Below are positions 23,987-36,313 of a stretch of 64,000 nt of DNA, piece by piece (within the stretch, counting starts at the first letter, position 1; every line of letters starts with the position of its first letter). The DNA comes from Marsupella aquatica (taxonomy: Eukaryota > Plantae > Marchantiophyta), in contig OZ316896.1 of the NCBI GenBank assembly GCA_973895155.1, positions 3,572,738-3,636,737 of the forward strand, read 5' to 3'. The notes beneath the pieces were generated by a model. That model was not told the DNA's origin, did not search any database, and saw nothing but the letters and a program-made list of their open reading frames with translations. Position numbers and translations under genes: made by a program.

Positions 23987-24995
23987 ACGAATCTAGTTGG
24001 GAGCTTCTCACCGATTCAATGTGTGATGTCGACCTTGCTCTCATACCATGAACGAATTCAAAGCTGAATCGTTTACTTGCTTAATGGAATGACTTACAAT
24101 GCAGAGCGGAGCCGCTCTAATAGCAACTCGACTGAGGAGTAAACCCCGTGAAAGGAGGGGGCACAATTAATCTACACCGTAAACAAGGGGGCACAATTAA
24201 TCTACACCGTAAGTCACTTAGCCCTAAATCTAATGGATTACACAAGGCTGCGGAAAAGAATGCTACAGGAAATAATGAACAGTAGACACCGAGACGATGA
24301 GCCATTCTAATAGGGAGCTCGTCAAGAAAGGCACTGTTCTTTGAAATACTTGCTCACTGACAATTTGCCGGCAGATGAATTGACCAAGCCACGGGAAGAA
24401 ATCACATTAGGTCATTTCATGCAACTACTCGGGCTTACGCTTTTCCCAGTTGATTTTGATCATGTAGACTACATGATTTTGATTGACGTCACGTTTTTAG
24501 ACAGGACTTAAACCGACACAACTGCCCTACCACAGAGCCTGTACTCGGGAAGTCAAATCGGAAAGAAAATTTTAGGATCCTTGAATCTCAAGCACCCTTG
24601 CAAGTCTCTTCAATTCGCCATGTCAGAATCCCAGCTGATCGCACACGATCAAGGTCGGAAACTCGACCGGGTCACATAATTGAGCTGGACGGATAAAACT
24701 GTGAAGCAAATATATTGCATTCATCTTTATTCATATATGTAGACGGCATATTGCAACACTTTATCATAAAGTGATTCATGGATCCAAACTAAAATTTCAG
24801 GTCGCAGCGTAGATTGTGTATTAGTTGCTAGAAATTAGGCCTAGGGTAATGGTTGAATGAACAAATAGAGAACTACATGTTTGTCTGCAAGAATGCCCAG
24901 TGTTCTCAAATCTAACGAAGCAAATTACTGTAAAGACTCGGAATCATGCCATCCTTCCATCCTGCGTGTAGTATCGCTGGAGCATTTCATTGTTT

Positions 24996-25700
24996 TCAGG
25001 CGAATTGAGACAGGACGCTTTCCAAGCTTGCCACCTGAGCGGTATCGATAAAGAATGATTTGGCCAGAAGCTCGGGATCGATGCCGACCCCAAACAACGC
25101 CACCGGCATAGGCTGAAAGCCCGGATTCTGTCCATTCAGCACGTTAAAGCTGACTGCTGGTACAGTGCCCTTGTTCAGCTGGAAGTGGAGGAGTCCCCGT
25201 GGGAAGATGAATGCCTCCCCCTTTTTGACGATCTTCGCGTACAGCTTGTTGGGGACTGCGGCGTTATCGCTATTTGTGACGAAGCCGGTGTAGATCTCTC
25301 CCTCCAGACACAAGAGGATCTCCGTCGCCAGATTATGAGTATGCGGCATGATGACGCCGCCAGGATTGATGTCCAGTCGAGCTATAGCCAAACCCAGAGT
25401 GTTTAGTGCGGGCCATTCTTGAACAAAAGCGCGTGTGGCTGTGCCATTGAGCGGGTTGCCAGTGAAATTCGGGGCTTTTGCTAGCCCTGCAAATGCGAAG
25501 TCTTCGGCGGTGGCGAGTGTTGGGTCCTGGCATGTGTAGCCGTTAGCTGTTGGCCCTGCAGCAGTCAGGTCCGCAATACAGAAGTCTTGGAGCGGATCCG
25601 GGTCAGCCGCTATCACTCCATTCGGAACATTGCCCAGGCCTACGATCGCCAGGCCCACGATCATCAGGAGAACATGGAGGTTTGGAACTGTCGATGCCAT
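24996..25700 (-). CDS. Germin-like protein, 234 aa (type B)
   Basis: ATG at 25700 (MASTVPNL...), signal peptide, DPDPLQDFCIAD, GGVIMPHTHNLATEI, GLLHFQLN. Confidence 0.93.
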   Translation of the reverse strand: MASTVPNLHVLLMIVGLAIVGLGNVPNGVIAADPDPLQDFCIADLTAAGPTANGYTCQDPTLATAEDFAFAGLAKAPNFTGNPLNGTATRAFVQEWPALNTLGLAIARLDINPGGVIMPHTHNLATEILLCLEGEIYTGFVTNSDNAAVPNKLYAKIVKKGEAFIFPRGLLHFQLNKGTVPAVSFNVLNGQNPGFQPMPVALFGVGIDPELLAKSFFIDTAQVASLESVLSQFA

Positions 25701-25833
25701 GTTGGACCTTGGATCTAACGTACACAACTGACTGGAAACAAGCTCGACGTTGCGTTCGCTAATGTGATCGAACAGACTGAAGCACAGAGAGCTAGTGAAT
25801 CGAACTTGATGATTAGTGTTACTTCCGACTGCC

Positions 25834-25841
25834 TATAAATA
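25834..25841 (-). promoter_or_regulatory. Probable TATA box of the type-B GLP
   Basis: GAGTATTTATA ~135 bp upstream of the ATG; the same motif at the same spacing precedes the GLP at 49691 (49549-49556). Confidence 0.6.
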
Positions 25842-26128
25842 CTCTCCAGATTTTCAATTGAAGCGCACTGTGTTTCAGTCAGTGGTCCACTCTGACTCCG
25901 CTTCCGGATGATCCTTGCAAACCAATTTGATGTAGGCATCATTAAGTCACCAGATGGGACCACGTATGGGACAGTCACTAATTCTCGCTTCAACTCCATA
26001 TTACAACACGTGCGCATGAAGGAGCTCAAGGGAGGAGTGGAAGTAAGTGCATCACCAGTGGTTTAGGGGTCAATGTACTCTAAACTCAAACTATAGCCCA
26101 TATATCATGTGAAGGCCTAGAAATTAGA

Positions 26129-26220
26129 AAAGCCCTCATATTGAATTCATTGTCTTAGAAATTAAAAAATCCCTCATATTGAATTCAATGTGGAAAAGCC
26201 CTCATATTGAATTCAATGTC
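26129..26220. repeat. Three copies of aaa(g/t)ccctcatattgaattca
   Basis: Direct repeats visible at ~26129, ~26166 and ~26194. Confidence 0.75.
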
Positions 26221-27008
26221 CAAAGACTGGTTCACAGCTTCTTCCCTCCAATATGATGTGGTGTCATATCTAACTTCAAGATCTCAATCATAGCCATGAT
26301 CTTGTCACATGTGGTGGAATCTTTGTCATAGATGGGAATAGAAGCAGGGAATAGAAGTCCGGATAGAGGCGGGGATAGAGGGGTCTCTCCTGGCTACCAT
26401 TTCTTATGTACCAGATAAAGATCAAGGGTTGTGAAAATGGAACTAGCTGCCATTTTTTTATTAGGGATAGGGGCCACTGGTGGGAATCCATGCATCCCTC
26501 CAAATATATCAACCCCTATATGTTCTTTTTAGAGGTTATAATTAGATGCTCTGACTAACAAGAGGCGAGTTTGAAGTCGAGTCTAAGTAGAGATAACAAC
26601 ATCCTGGCCGTTCCAATAAGAAGTTCCAATGGCCAGGATTGGACACTTTAAATAGCAACAGACCTACTGCATGGAGTGGACATAAAGAGTCACTATGATG
26701 GACCCTTTGTTTCTTTGAGAGGCGTCAATGTGAGGTCAGAGTTTTGGGACAATCATGTACTTGAATAAGCATCTAGTCACTTGGGGTTCAGAGTTAAAGC
26801 GTTTACCTAGCCAGGGCAGCAAGGACCAACTAAAGCCAGTCATGTTTGCAGCGATAATGTGCAATGCCACCCAGACTGTAATTGTCATCTTATAAACTTG
26901 AAACTAAGGAAAGAATTGAGCTATGGCATATTTGCACCTGTAATATGCAACCCCACAAAAACTCAAACTGTCTTCTAATAAACTCGAAAGGCTAGGAGAG
27001 AATTCAGC

Positions 27009-27874
27009 TGTTGAATGAGTTACGTAGTGTTTGTCACATGCTTTCCAGAGTGTTTTATGTCATTGTTGGACTGTGTGCAAGGGGGTGCCCGAGGTGTCTA
27101 TTGTCTTGGGGAAGGGGGGGGGGCCTATGTGCAATAAGCTGCTAGGGGATATTAACTAAGCGTGCAGCTTGTGTTACTATAATCATAAAACAAAATCCGC
27201 CCAACACCTTTACAGGACTGACAGCCCTTGTCTCAGTACTAGCCTTGCTCTGGCTCCCCATCTGGCTCTGGCTTCAACTCTTGCCATAGCTCTCAACTCT
27301 GGCCTCAACTCTCCGCAGCTAATTTAATCCTATTATTTATCCCTGTTTCAAAATTGCAGCTATCTGCCTGATTCCACAACCACAGCTACTATTTAGAGCC
27401 TTCAACCTTGCACAATTTGAAAACCTGGAAACATAGCACCAAATCCTAAAAGGCCAAAAATTCAATAAAGGGGGGAAACAAACGACAAATCCAGGAAAAC
27501 CTCCCAAAAGCCCCCAAGACCGACTCACTTGGAAAATACAAGTCTTAATGACAGTGGCACACTGGTCCTGAGTCAGCAGGGAAAGTCCACATGTGGGACT
27601 GCACTGACTGATTTGCACCCAGATCACTCCTTCCTCCTTATATATATTATATGACTTTGACCCCTCGACTTCGTGCACCCACGATGCCTTTGATGCCACC
27701 CACTCGATTCACAGGGTTCCTCGATTTCGGTCTCTGTTCATATATCAGTCGTACGTTAGGAGTACCTTCAGTAGTAGTACCTGGGGAGAAACAAGGGACT
27801 CAGAGGAAAGCGGTAGAAATGCGAACTGACAGAGAAAGAACTCAGCCAATTTCCAATCATAACGAAGGACAACA
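27009..27874. mobile_element. ~866-bp insertion specific to copy 2 (solo-LTR-like or TIR element)
   Basis: Absent from copy 1 (~7367); ends TGTTG...CAACA embedded in an 11-bp inverted repeat TTCAGCTGTTG; duplicated palindrome CAGCTG at 27005 and 27873. Confidence 0.55.
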
Positions 27875-29347
27875 GCTGAAGGCTGTAACCGCTTGAATGT
27901 GCCAACAAGGACTAGCAGAGTCTCAACATTTGTCGGAGACTTCTCTAGAGTAGGTAATACTGATTCACTTCCGATATGAATCAGGTGCGATGAGCATCCT
28001 CAATGGGATTTTCGACGTCCAGCTAGATCGACTACGCATGGGAGGCTTCGGAATCTAGGTAGAGTTTACAATGGTCTCAACTGCTGATCTTGAAAACTTG
28101 ACTGGTTGGTGCTTGCGATTTTAATACAAACAATTTCAATCTGACGCGAGATGTGACGATCCCTTCCTGCAGGTGATCCTCTTTGGACCCGGCTTTGGAC
28201 CGTAAGTCTTTGCGTCGAACTCAAGTAAGTCACAGCCAGAGTCCTAGCCTGGACCTGACCTCCCTAGTCCTTTATCGGTCTGACGCTGCAATCCATCTTC
28301 TTTCTTAGTTGTGGAGTAGGATCGTTGCAATGAGACCCATGCCGGAGATCGATTCCAACCACAAACCAGGTCCTAGTTATAGCCTTGATCACGATTTGAG
28401 CAGCGCAAATGGCAAATACTGTAAAAGGCTGCGTTCTTTCATGAATGATGCGCCTCCACGTACCTTTTCACTCCACCTGCCTCGATCAGTCGACTATGGA
28501 CACTGTACTTGTGAATCATTTCTTAAGTACACCCAAGAAAAACTCAAGATATCCCGTCGACCTCCTTCCCCCCAATCCCCTCGTCCCTAGAAAAACTCCA
28601 TACTTACGAACTCACCAAATGATACTATGCCCACACTGTGTCCCCCACCCCAGATATAGCTTGTCGTGGGGTGGTCGTGAATTGTTAGAAATTCAAGTTG
28701 TTAAACAAGTAACAGAAATGAATAACGAATCAATTTCAAGCCCGTTCGGACCCAAATGCGCCGTGGAATCAGCATTATTTGGGAGAAATCAGAATGGACT
28801 TGAGATCCTGGCCAGCAAATCCAGTTAATTCTTTGTAAGCCGCTCCGGCCCGCAATCGAAATCCTTGAAAGACGTCCTAGTGAGGTTAAGCTAACGTAGG
28901 TCAATCAAGAGAACAGGGACTTTCGCCGTGCCAACGACAAGCAGATCACTCTACTCCAGGTGTACCGATCACTCAGTGGAAGACAACGCAAGTGCTTCAC
29001 TCGTCACTAGCTAGACGTAACCAGTGTTCCAGTGTTAATTACGGACTATGCACAGGATGTGATGAGTGTGAGATACTACGGGAGGCTCAGACAGGTACTT
29101 GTAGCATAGACCCAATTTTCTAACTAGATCTGTCCATGACCCTTTGGAGATGATCAGTCCGAGATTTAGAACATTCTATCGAAATGTACAATTCAAGTAC
29201 AATTGGATATATAGACTCATCTCAAACCTCTTTAATCATGGACTTTAATTGAGTTCATATCTGACTCATCTAAGACCTCTTTAATCATGGACATTAATCG
29301 AGTACGTTCATATCTGACGCTAGTCTTTTCATCCACACAAATGATAG

Positions 29348-29525
29348 GACAGATATGTTTAGTAGACTCCCATTACCAATTAGTTTGCTTAATCAACCTC
29401 CTTTATACTTTACTCCAATCTGGACCGTTGATGGACCTCTCAATCTCAGATCTGGACCATTGATAAACCTCAAGGGTAGATCAAGTAACAAGTTTCATTT
29501 TGGGGGTTGATGAAGCAAATACCTC
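29348..29525. mobile_element. 178-bp MULE-type MITE-like insertion, 10-bp TSD
   Basis: CAAATGATAG at 29338-29347 and 29526-29535; single copy at the empty site 8815-8824; the right end is an imperfect inverted repeat of ~29381-29401. Confidence 0.72.
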
Positions 29526-31576
29526 CAAATGATAGACACCACATCAGTCCTAGATTAGAAGATGCTATCCAATTGTACAATTCAAGTACATCTTAGAAAA
29601 ATAAAGAGTCATGAGACATCCAGCTTTAATTATAGACCCTGAATCTATAATCTCGACAAATAAACCTATTTGTTCATCCACACATGTACGACATCAACTG
29701 CAAATGTACCATAATTGACAGGAACATGAGAGACATTATCCATCTTTAGTGACTGGTTTCAGCACAGATCAAGTTAGAACCTCGAGTTAGAACATTTTTA
29801 CTCTTTGTTTATGGTGCAACTAGTTGAAATTTCTGCCCTATCTATGTATAGTTACACATATATTTTTGTATTTCGAACTATCCTCCAATATGTCTTCATT
29901 TGGCAGTTGTTTCAACGTAGCAGCGGGCTTAGCAGTAGTTGTGGTATCCGAGTCAGCTTCAATCACGAGTACCCTCCTCATCAGATACTGGAAATAAATT
30001 ATATAGAAGACAAGACGATTATATTGTCAGTTCACAGACTCGCTACTTGAAATGTATTATATATAGTAGAAGAGAAGAGTGATTAATTTCATTATATTAA
30101 TTGTGAGTTAACACACTAACATACTTGAAATGAATCATGTAGTAGAAGGGAAGAGTGATTTCATTATATTGTGAGGCTCACAGACTTACACCCGAGGCAG
30201 TTTACATAAATAAAAACAATCAACTATTACACTTAGGAAAAAGATGGCAGTGGATCAGACAGAAAAGATAGGGTACTCCCGATTAATTTTACTAGCTGGA
30301 TATGTGACAATTCCTTACGTTGTAATAATTGGAAGCCACAGTATACTGCTGAATCCTCCCAAATATGAACTAACACAGAGTTACTGTCAAACAATTCTAG
30401 CTCAACCCGTCTATGACACGAGTCAGCTTTAAAACAAGCAGAGCTAACTTACGAAGTGGAGCAGTTTGCTTTGTAGCCATATGTGCAGAGCCCGAAAGGT
30501 ACAAGTATCTCATATACAGTGATGTCCTATGTAACGAACACGTCAACAGCACCTCGCGAGAGGAGGTGGGAAGGTTTAGTGATTGCCTCTGAAGTAGTGG
30601 ATATCGATCATGAGATATGTCCCTCTCAAACCTCACCACACGCTCTGTGATGTATAAAGTAAAGTAGATTCTTAGTAACTCCCACCATGTAGATTGACCC
30701 AGGAAACTACTTCGCAAAGGCTGACTCACAACCTTCGTTACATTAACTACAGGATCGCTCTGTGTTGTATAAAGCAATATAGATTCCTATCAAGTTTCTC
30801 CAACCATGTAGGTTGACCCAGGAAACTACTTCGCAAAGGTTGAGAGGCTTCGTTACTTTTCATGATCGAGTTAAAAGACCACAGTCTCACCTGCTCTTCT
30901 TGGGGTTGCGTTACTTCGGCAGTTCGCGCGTGCAGCCTAGACCGGACCCACGTCCACGCCCTCAACTGCTATCGTACAGTAAGCACACCTGCTGTTAGAA
31001 ATCGCACCGCACTAGCCGTTCGATCATATCATAGAAATACCAATAATATAATACTGCCTAGATTGTCGGATTAGGGGAAGGTACGTATGGGAGGCCAACG
31101 AGGTGAACTTTCCTACAATGACCCTGCTAACTGCTCCGGGGACACCTCGTTACCCTGCTAACTACTCCGGGGACTCCTCTTTAATTACCGCGTAGGATGC
31201 AGAGAATATATATATATAAGAGCTTCACTTCGTTCAACTCAAATATCACTCGCTCATGATCATAGTGAGCCAGCTCCAGCTCACAGTTTAGCGTGCTCTC
31301 ATGCATTGTAGTTCCAGAAGCTCGCGTAATTTCTTCCACTTGAGAAAGGGATACAACTTCCTTACAGTTTTGTCAAAATCTGTCTAGCCATCTCAAGTCT
31401 TTCCAGCTGAAAGGTCAGCTGTGCTATGCTGTGACATTGAGCGCACAGACATAATTGCTGATCTACCTCCCATCATTGAAGCTAGCTTGTATTGATCTGT
31501 CGCAGCCCAAAGCTTCAGTTGAACGGTCTGTAGGATTGAGCCTCCTTTGTCTGCAGTTGTATAATCGACAATATTA

Positions 31577-32287
31577 ATGGCTTTTCCAATTTCAGCCAGG
31601 CACCACCTCAGACTCTTTGTGACAATTATAGCCATGGCGGCAATTGCCATTGGAGTCGGAGCTTCTGATCCTGATCCGCTGCAAGACTTCTGTGTGGCGG
31701 ATCTGCAAGCGGGGGGACCCAATGTGAACGGCTACCCCTGCAAGGCGGCAGAGTTCATCACAACTGAAGACTTCGCATTTGCAGGATTGGCTAACTCCGC
31801 CAATCTCACTGGAAACCCCACCAACGGTAGTGCAACGTTCGGATTTGTTCGAGAATGGCCTGCACTTAACACATTGGGATTGGGTCTTGCTCGATTGGAC
31901 ATCAACCCTGGCGGAATCATCATGCCACATACTCACAATTTGGCCACCGAGATCCTCTACTGCCTGGAGGGAGAGATCTACACCGGCTTCGTCACAAATA
32001 GCGATAACCCTGCAGTCCCCAACAAGCTGTACGCCAAGATCGTCAAGAAGGGGGAAGCATTCATTTTTCCGAGAGGTCTGCTGCATTTTCAGCTCAACAA
32101 GGGAACTGTTCGAGCAGTGAGCTTGAACGTACTGAACAGTCAGAATCCTGGAATTCAACTGATGCCCGTGGCGTTATTTGGGGTTGGCATTGATCCTCAG
32201 CTTCTCGCCAAGTCCTTCTTTATCACAGAGTCGCAGGTGGCGAGCTTGGGAGGCGTCCTATCACGACTCGTCGATTCGCTAGCTTGA
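31577..32287 (+). CDS. Germin-like protein, 236 aa (type A, recent duplicate of 11150-11860)
   Basis: Near-identical protein to 11150-11860; all GLP motifs intact. Confidence 0.95.
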   Translation: MAFPISARHHLRLFVTIIAMAAIAIGVGASDPDPLQDFCVADLQAGGPNVNGYPCKAAEFITTEDFAFAGLANSANLTGNPTNGSATFGFVREWPALNTLGLGLARLDINPGGIIMPHTHNLATEILYCLEGEIYTGFVTNSDNPAVPNKLYAKIVKKGEAFIFPRGLLHFQLNKGTVRAVSLNVLNSQNPGIQLMPVALFGVGIDPQLLAKSFFITESQVASLGGVLSRLVDSLA

Positions 32288-33843
32288 TGAAATTGAGTTC
32301 AATTTTTTCAGGGAGTTTGGGTCCTGACATTAGCCCCGTGTTTCCTGACCGAATCCTAGCCTCACCTCCTGGTCGACCTGCCTTGGGTACTAGTTGTTGT
32401 CCGGTGCTCATCCCATGACCAATTTTGGTATTACGATTCGCTCATTTATTCTCCATTCTTTTACCAGGGATGACTCTGGACAGGATCATCACATTTAAAG
32501 GTAGAAACGTAGTGTCCCATGTCAATGGGTGTGTGCAATAATGTGAAACGTAGGCTTTGATATCATCAATAAAACTTTGGCATCAGAAAATTTTGCTTGA
32601 TTCATTTCGTTAAATTAATATAAGAAAACATTCATACCGGTTTCACATACTGACGTAAGAAAACATTCATATTGATCTAATGTGATCGCCTGAGCAAATG
32701 TAAGAATTACTCCATAAACTGATGGGAGAGCTTCCATGATGAACGCATCCCACATTAATGGTTCTGATGTGTATCTCAGTTGAACATGAAATTTATGGTT
32801 CTGGTGTATGTTCGTCTTCGATTGAAAGTGCTAGTCTCAACTGTTCCTGGGTTCCAGCAATGTGCCTATTCTTACTTCCCGTGATATCTTACAATTATTA
32901 TTTTGCGCTAAATTCCGTCCAATGTAGGATAATAGTCAGCATCCAATAATAATGATGTGCCTCATCAATCACACGTGTTTCGTTGGCCATGGGACTTTAT
33001 TTCAGCTAAATTATCGATCAGGGCTTTATTGCAAAGGCGGAGAAAAATCGTCAGAAGCTGGCCATATTTACAGCACCTCGGACAAGCCTCATTGGTAACG
33101 CTGGACGATCCAGTATAGTGCCGACAACTGTTTGCTTTTTCTGGCAAGAAAGGTCGATAAGATGGCAACGTTAGAGGACCGGCTTCTAGCAACATTTTAC
33201 CAGACTTAGCATGTCTGACATCTATCCTTGCAATAATTCGAGATACTTGCTTGGAAAGAACAGGCACTAATTTGACTTCAACTTCACAGTGGGATAAAGC
33301 GGCTGCAAGTGGATCTTGGCTTCTGATCTTAGGAGCAATCTCGAAAATGGAACGCTGGACGAGAGTAGGGTCTGAAGATATCGTACAGGATTTGAGCACA
33401 CCTCAGTTTTGACCAATCATACAGAACTATCCTTGCAATTAGAGATATTCGCTAGGAAAGAACGGGCATAACTTTGGATGGTTTAAGCAGACTTTAAATT
33501 CACAGTGCGATAAAAACGGCTACAAGCGGTTCTTGGCTTCTGGTCTTAGCAGCGAATAAAATTAACATAAATTTAGCCATGTCCTGGACCCATCATCTAT
33601 ATGAAGGTGCATACTGTCGTCTAAAACAGAATGGGGGTGCCTACTGTTGTTATGGAAGTCTTCATCCAGCCTGGGTGATTTTCGGTGAGGACTCTCTCTT
33701 CGTTAGTTCAGTCATGCAACTGTCGCTGTTCTTACGATGAATGACGTTTTTTAGTACCCTGGAGAATTAAGTTCCCGAGACTGGAACCATCACGTCATTT
33801 CATCTCGAGTGATGGATGGACTGAGTGTACCGATTCTGTACCG

Positions 33844-34058
33844 AAGAGCTCCACTTCGTCCAACTCAAATATCACTCGCTCATGATCGTAGTGAACCAGC
33901 TCGAGCTCACAGTTCAGCGTGCTCTCATTGTAGTTCGAACTTATTTCCAGAAGCTCGCGCAATTTCTTCCACTTGAGAAAGGGATACAACCTCCTTACAG
34001 TATTGTCAAAATTTGTCTAGCCATCTTCAAGTCTTTCCAGCTGAAAGCTCAGCTGTGC
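33844..34058 (+). repeat. Orphan copy of the type-A GLP proximal promoter/5' leader with no CDS
   Basis: Matches 10779-10998 and 31218-31425 (aagagct.cacttcgt.caactcaaatatcactcgctcatg...ctgaaag.tcagctgtgc), then breaks off. Confidence 0.85.
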
Positions 34059-34546
34059 GGATCTCAAGGTCGCAATTCAGGTAAAGCACAAAATGCATGT
34101 GTGGACTGAGCCTTCGTTAAGGAAATCACAAGGGTATCCATCCGGCAGTCAAAAATCTTTAGTAAACTTTCTCTTCATTCCAATGCTTCGTCCTTCATCC
34201 TCCTCCACCACTCGATGATGACGATGGTGGAGGCTGGGGGGATACTTTGACATCCAAACAATATAACCAGATCAGAAGAATGATTACAGAATGCAGACGA
34301 CTAGACAAACCAAGCGACTCTCTGAGCTAGCCCACGTTGGTGCCTGGAAAACCATGGCCGCGACTTCTGACAACTATCCCAAGAGCATTTACACTACAAA
34401 ACTCCTTATGACCGAACCCGGAGCTGCTCACAACCCGATTTCCACCTGGAATGGACATCAATCTGTATTCTACGCCTTCCATCCTTTTCATCATTAACGA
34501 TTCATATACAAGAAGTAATAATTTACTGTTCTACAAAATCATGGCA

Positions 34547-36313
34547 TTAAGGTTGAGGAGGCGAGACATAGGGATAGATTTGATCGGCAGGTGGGGCAGA
34601 AGGGTAAGCATATTGGTCGTAATTGGCATTAAAGGGAGGGGCAGAAATGGCAGTATATAGATTATTCCCAGGCGTTGGGTACTGATTATTGTGATAGGAT
34701 GAAGAACCAGAATTGTCAGGTAAGGAGGCAGAGGTACTGAGCCTACGTCGCTGTTGTTCGGTTCTTAGCATGGACTCGGCATCCTTTATATTCTTTTGCC
34801 TCTTCTCCTCCCCTTGCTGGGCACTAATCTTGACAGCCTGCCCAAGTTGAAATATCGCCTTTGCTGCTCTCGCCCTGCACATCCACAATAATAATTAGGA
34901 TGTAACAAACAAACCAATGTATCTTCAAGCATCAAGCAGATGCAAATATAACACCGAACTCGGCTACGGCAGTATCTTACCTAGCATCAGGTGAGAAGTC
35001 AGTAGCAGCGGCCCATTCAACGGTTCGGGTTACGGCTTCTCTGTAGCAGCTTTGCATCTGATCCCAGTCCGTCTCAAATTCCTATAAATACACACAGGGT
35101 CTAGTTAACGAACGTGTGTAATCCATTCCCACGAAAAAGAGCCACCTCACTACCGCAAACTATTGGAGGTGCATGACGATACTTCTTCATACAATTGGTC
35201 GTGGCAACTAATTGTACCAGAACAAAGCATTCAAATAAGAATATCTGCAGAACGTAAAACATGTAAAATGGGTTGCTGTTCTACCTCCGCACATATGAGC
35301 ACTGCATAGTAAACATCATGCGCTAATGAATCTCGGTCATAATGATCCTTGCCCATCCTAGATTTGTTCAGGAAATCTTGCATCCCTTGTACAACAATAT
35401 TTTTCTGAAAGTCACCGTATTTGAGTGATTCTTCAAATAAGACCCCACCTAACACCGTAACCACATCAAGTGGGACAGTGCTCTTTTCTGGATCAGTCTG
35501 TAATCAACACACAAACCAAGCTCAGAAACCAAAGGAAAATTGCAATTCAAGTGGATCATAAGAATTTGCATAACAGCTGACAGCACTTAAATAGTGCAAA
35601 TGCGATGGCATCGAAGGTCTCCTTGAGATCAAAGCAGATTTCAGAGCACTTACCAGTCTTTTAGCAGACAACAGGGCAGCCGCTTGCAGCTCGTGCTTGT
35701 ACCCAGCCATCATTAGATAGTAGAACCTTTGGAAGGCTGTCATTCAAACAGTCAATATCTCAATTTGATTGCTTACTTTGCTGCGAAGTAGTCCAAATGA
35801 ACCAAAGGACATAAGTTTTAACAAAAGCACCATCACCATCGAAAAGGATCAGGGATTGCAATTTGAACCAAGAATTACAGCTCACGACGGAGAATGAGCA
35901 ACCACATTGACTGGCAGTCTAATTTAACTCAGTCCTGCAATTTTTTTGACAGGAAGACTGCACAAACTAGCACCAAACCAATAGATCAAACTAAATTACG
36001 ATATTGAATAATATACACCAATCTGAGGTGATACGTCTGAGACGAAGTACCTATTGTCTAAGACCATATGTGAATACCGAGAACGATACAGTGGGGATGG
36101 GTTTTTACCTAGTACAAGGTGATCGATTGGAGCCAAACCTTTCCCTTTGAGCTCAGTCAACACGCCCAATTCATGTTTGTTGGCATATCCCTGACGAACC
36201 TTCTGAACGCCAGCGGAAATGGCAGACGCCGCGGCTTTGCTCGCACTGAACATCATGCCCAATCCCTTCTTGGCAACCCCAAGAGCTGCATCTTGGGCCT
36301 GTTTGGACGACAT
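34547..36313 (-). CDS. Spliced gene, 5 coding exons, 309-aa protein of unknown function with a Pro/Tyr-rich C-terminus
   Basis: Exons 36313-36109, 35736-35654, 35497-35285, 35081-34981, 34874-34547; all introns GT-AG with consistent phases (1,0,0,2); total 930 nt with no internal stop; probable 5'UTR intron ~36332-36518. Confidence 0.85.

Larger units (their letters stand above)
19654..24312 (-). mobile_element. Internally deleted Ty1/copia LTR retrotransposon (element A)
   Basis: LTRs 19654-19889 and 24049-24312; 5-bp TSD GGGAG (19649-19653, 24313-24317); tRNA-iMet-like PBS TGGTATGAGAGC (24037-24048); PPT GGGAAGGGG next to 19890; gag, protease (WLIDSGAS) and RNase H C-terminus (ADILTKAL) present; integrase core and RT missing. 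Confidence 0.93.
18220..24440 (+). pseudogene. Old degenerate Ty1/copia remnant (integrase and RNase H fragments) hosting two nested insertions
   Basis: FMLVTDDCSRYTWVFF (~18224), RSASG..F.LAGGAI (~18340-18435), STEAEY..ATKEAVW..IHWRYVWE (19440-19653) continuing after 24317 as LVKKG..KYLLTDNLPADELTKP. Confidence 0.75.
26701..33840 (+). repeat. Segmental duplication copy 2
   Basis: Colinear with 7144-14650; includes the GLP at 31577. Confidence 0.92.

Noticed and set aside
32965-33399. 144-aa minus-strand ORF in an internally repeated region downstream of the GLP
   Set aside because: Non-ATG start, frame not kept in copy 1 (12500-12940), no recognisable domain; could be a gene relic but cannot be supported.
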